Source of the DNA: Marsupella aquatica
Lineage: Eukaryota > Plantae > Marchantiophyta
Length of the DNA: 64,000 nucleotides
Direction of reading: 5' to 3'
NCBI GenBank assembly: GCA_973895155.1
Contig: OZ316898.1
Coordinates: 16,413,420-16,477,419, forward strand
The position numbers and the translations under genes are program-made. The notes beneath the pieces were generated by a model. The model ran no database searches. It was not told the origin of the DNA and saw nothing but the letters and a program-made list of their open reading frames with translations. Shown one piece after another: positions 63,201 to 64,000 of the stretch. Position 1 is the first letter of the stretch; each line of letters begins with the position of its first letter.

Positions 63201-64000
63201 AGCCTCATGACCACGAACCAGCCAAACAACCGGTCGGGGCTGAAACCCCGAGACCAAGACATAAGAAACGAGTCTCCTGGGATCCGTCCATCTCGCAGTT
63301 GGAGGAAGTAACTCCAATCCCGAGACCAATCCCGGTTCCACCCATGTACGGAGGATTTCGGTTAGCTGAACTTGATGCGAGCCTGGACCCAAGCTTGCGG
63401 AACCAGGTTGAAGTCATCAGGAAGGAGCACTACCGGAAGTACACCATTGGGATGGATAAATCGTTTAACCTGGGCCACGCTCTGATAGGGGAGGCGGAAA
63501 AGTCTATCCAAGCTCTGCTCAAGGAATATGAAGATACGTTTGCATGGAGCCATCACGATTTAACAGGAGTCTCCCCCGAGTTAGGAGAACACACGATCGA
63601 TTTGAATCTGGGGGCCCATGCAGTACAGCAGCGACAACGTCGCATGAACCCAAGGTACTCCATCTTAGTGAAGGAGGAAATTGATCGTCTCCTCGCCGCA
63701 AATATCATCTACCCGGTAATGGCCAGTGACTGGGTCTCTCCCATCGTCATTGTACCAAAAAAGGGAGGAACGGACAAAAAACCTAAGATCCGGATTTGTT
63801 AGGACTATCGTAAGCTGAACGACGCGACCCGAAAAGACCATTACCCATTACCATTCACGGATATGGTTCTAGATATGGTAGCCCAAAATGAAATTTATAC
63901 ATTCCTTGACGGATATTCGGGTTATAACCAAATCTGGATTCGCTTCTCGGATCAGCTCAAAACAACGTTCACTACGGAATGGGGGACTTTCGCATTTTGG
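60287..64000 (+). pseudogene. Gypsy gag-pol (partial, with stops and frameshifts)
   Basis: MPVTRSQ start, gag core, K/S-rich tract, three CCHC knuckles, protease VDGGAGVN, RT N-terminus (WVSPIVIVPKK, FLDGYSGYNQ). Confidence 0.92.

Larger units (their letters stand above)
58715..64000 (+). mobile_element. Second non-chromovirus gypsy element, nested in the first; runs off the window
   Basis: 5' LTR 58715-60162 (TGTGACG...CGTGACA, TATA box at 59074); PBS-like TGGCACTAGATGGAGGGG at 60176-60193; gag-PR-RT. Confidence 0.88.

Overview
This is eukaryotic, transposon-dense DNA, most likely from a non-seed land plant such as a bryophyte (inference from the PHR2 gene and the TE lineages). It holds one clearly intact host gene, the 4-exon photolyase/blue-light receptor PHR2 (28684-31998). 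The surrounding nest of elements, left to right: a PIF/Harbinger transposon (803-8609) whose transposase is split by a captured 3.57-kb retroelement-gene fragment; a MITE; two nested, oppositely oriented non-autonomous Helitrons; a full-length Bianca-type copia with 109-bp LTRs; a pogo-like Tc1/mariner element; a truncated LINE inside an LTR; a second Bianca fragment; and two nested non-chromovirus Ty3/gypsy elements. The most striking feature is a minus-strand, 4-exon gene of about 1,220 codons (42692-46782) that the ORF track shows only as separate pieces. It joins an N-terminal ParB/Srx-like domain (DGNHR) to a C-terminal prokaryote-type beta-class N4C/N6A DNA-methyltransferase-like domain. 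Eight copies of a 13-bp palindrome (AGCGCC-N-GGCGCT) lie in its introns and 3' flank, and none were seen in its exons. All domain calls come from motif recognition by eye; no searches were run.
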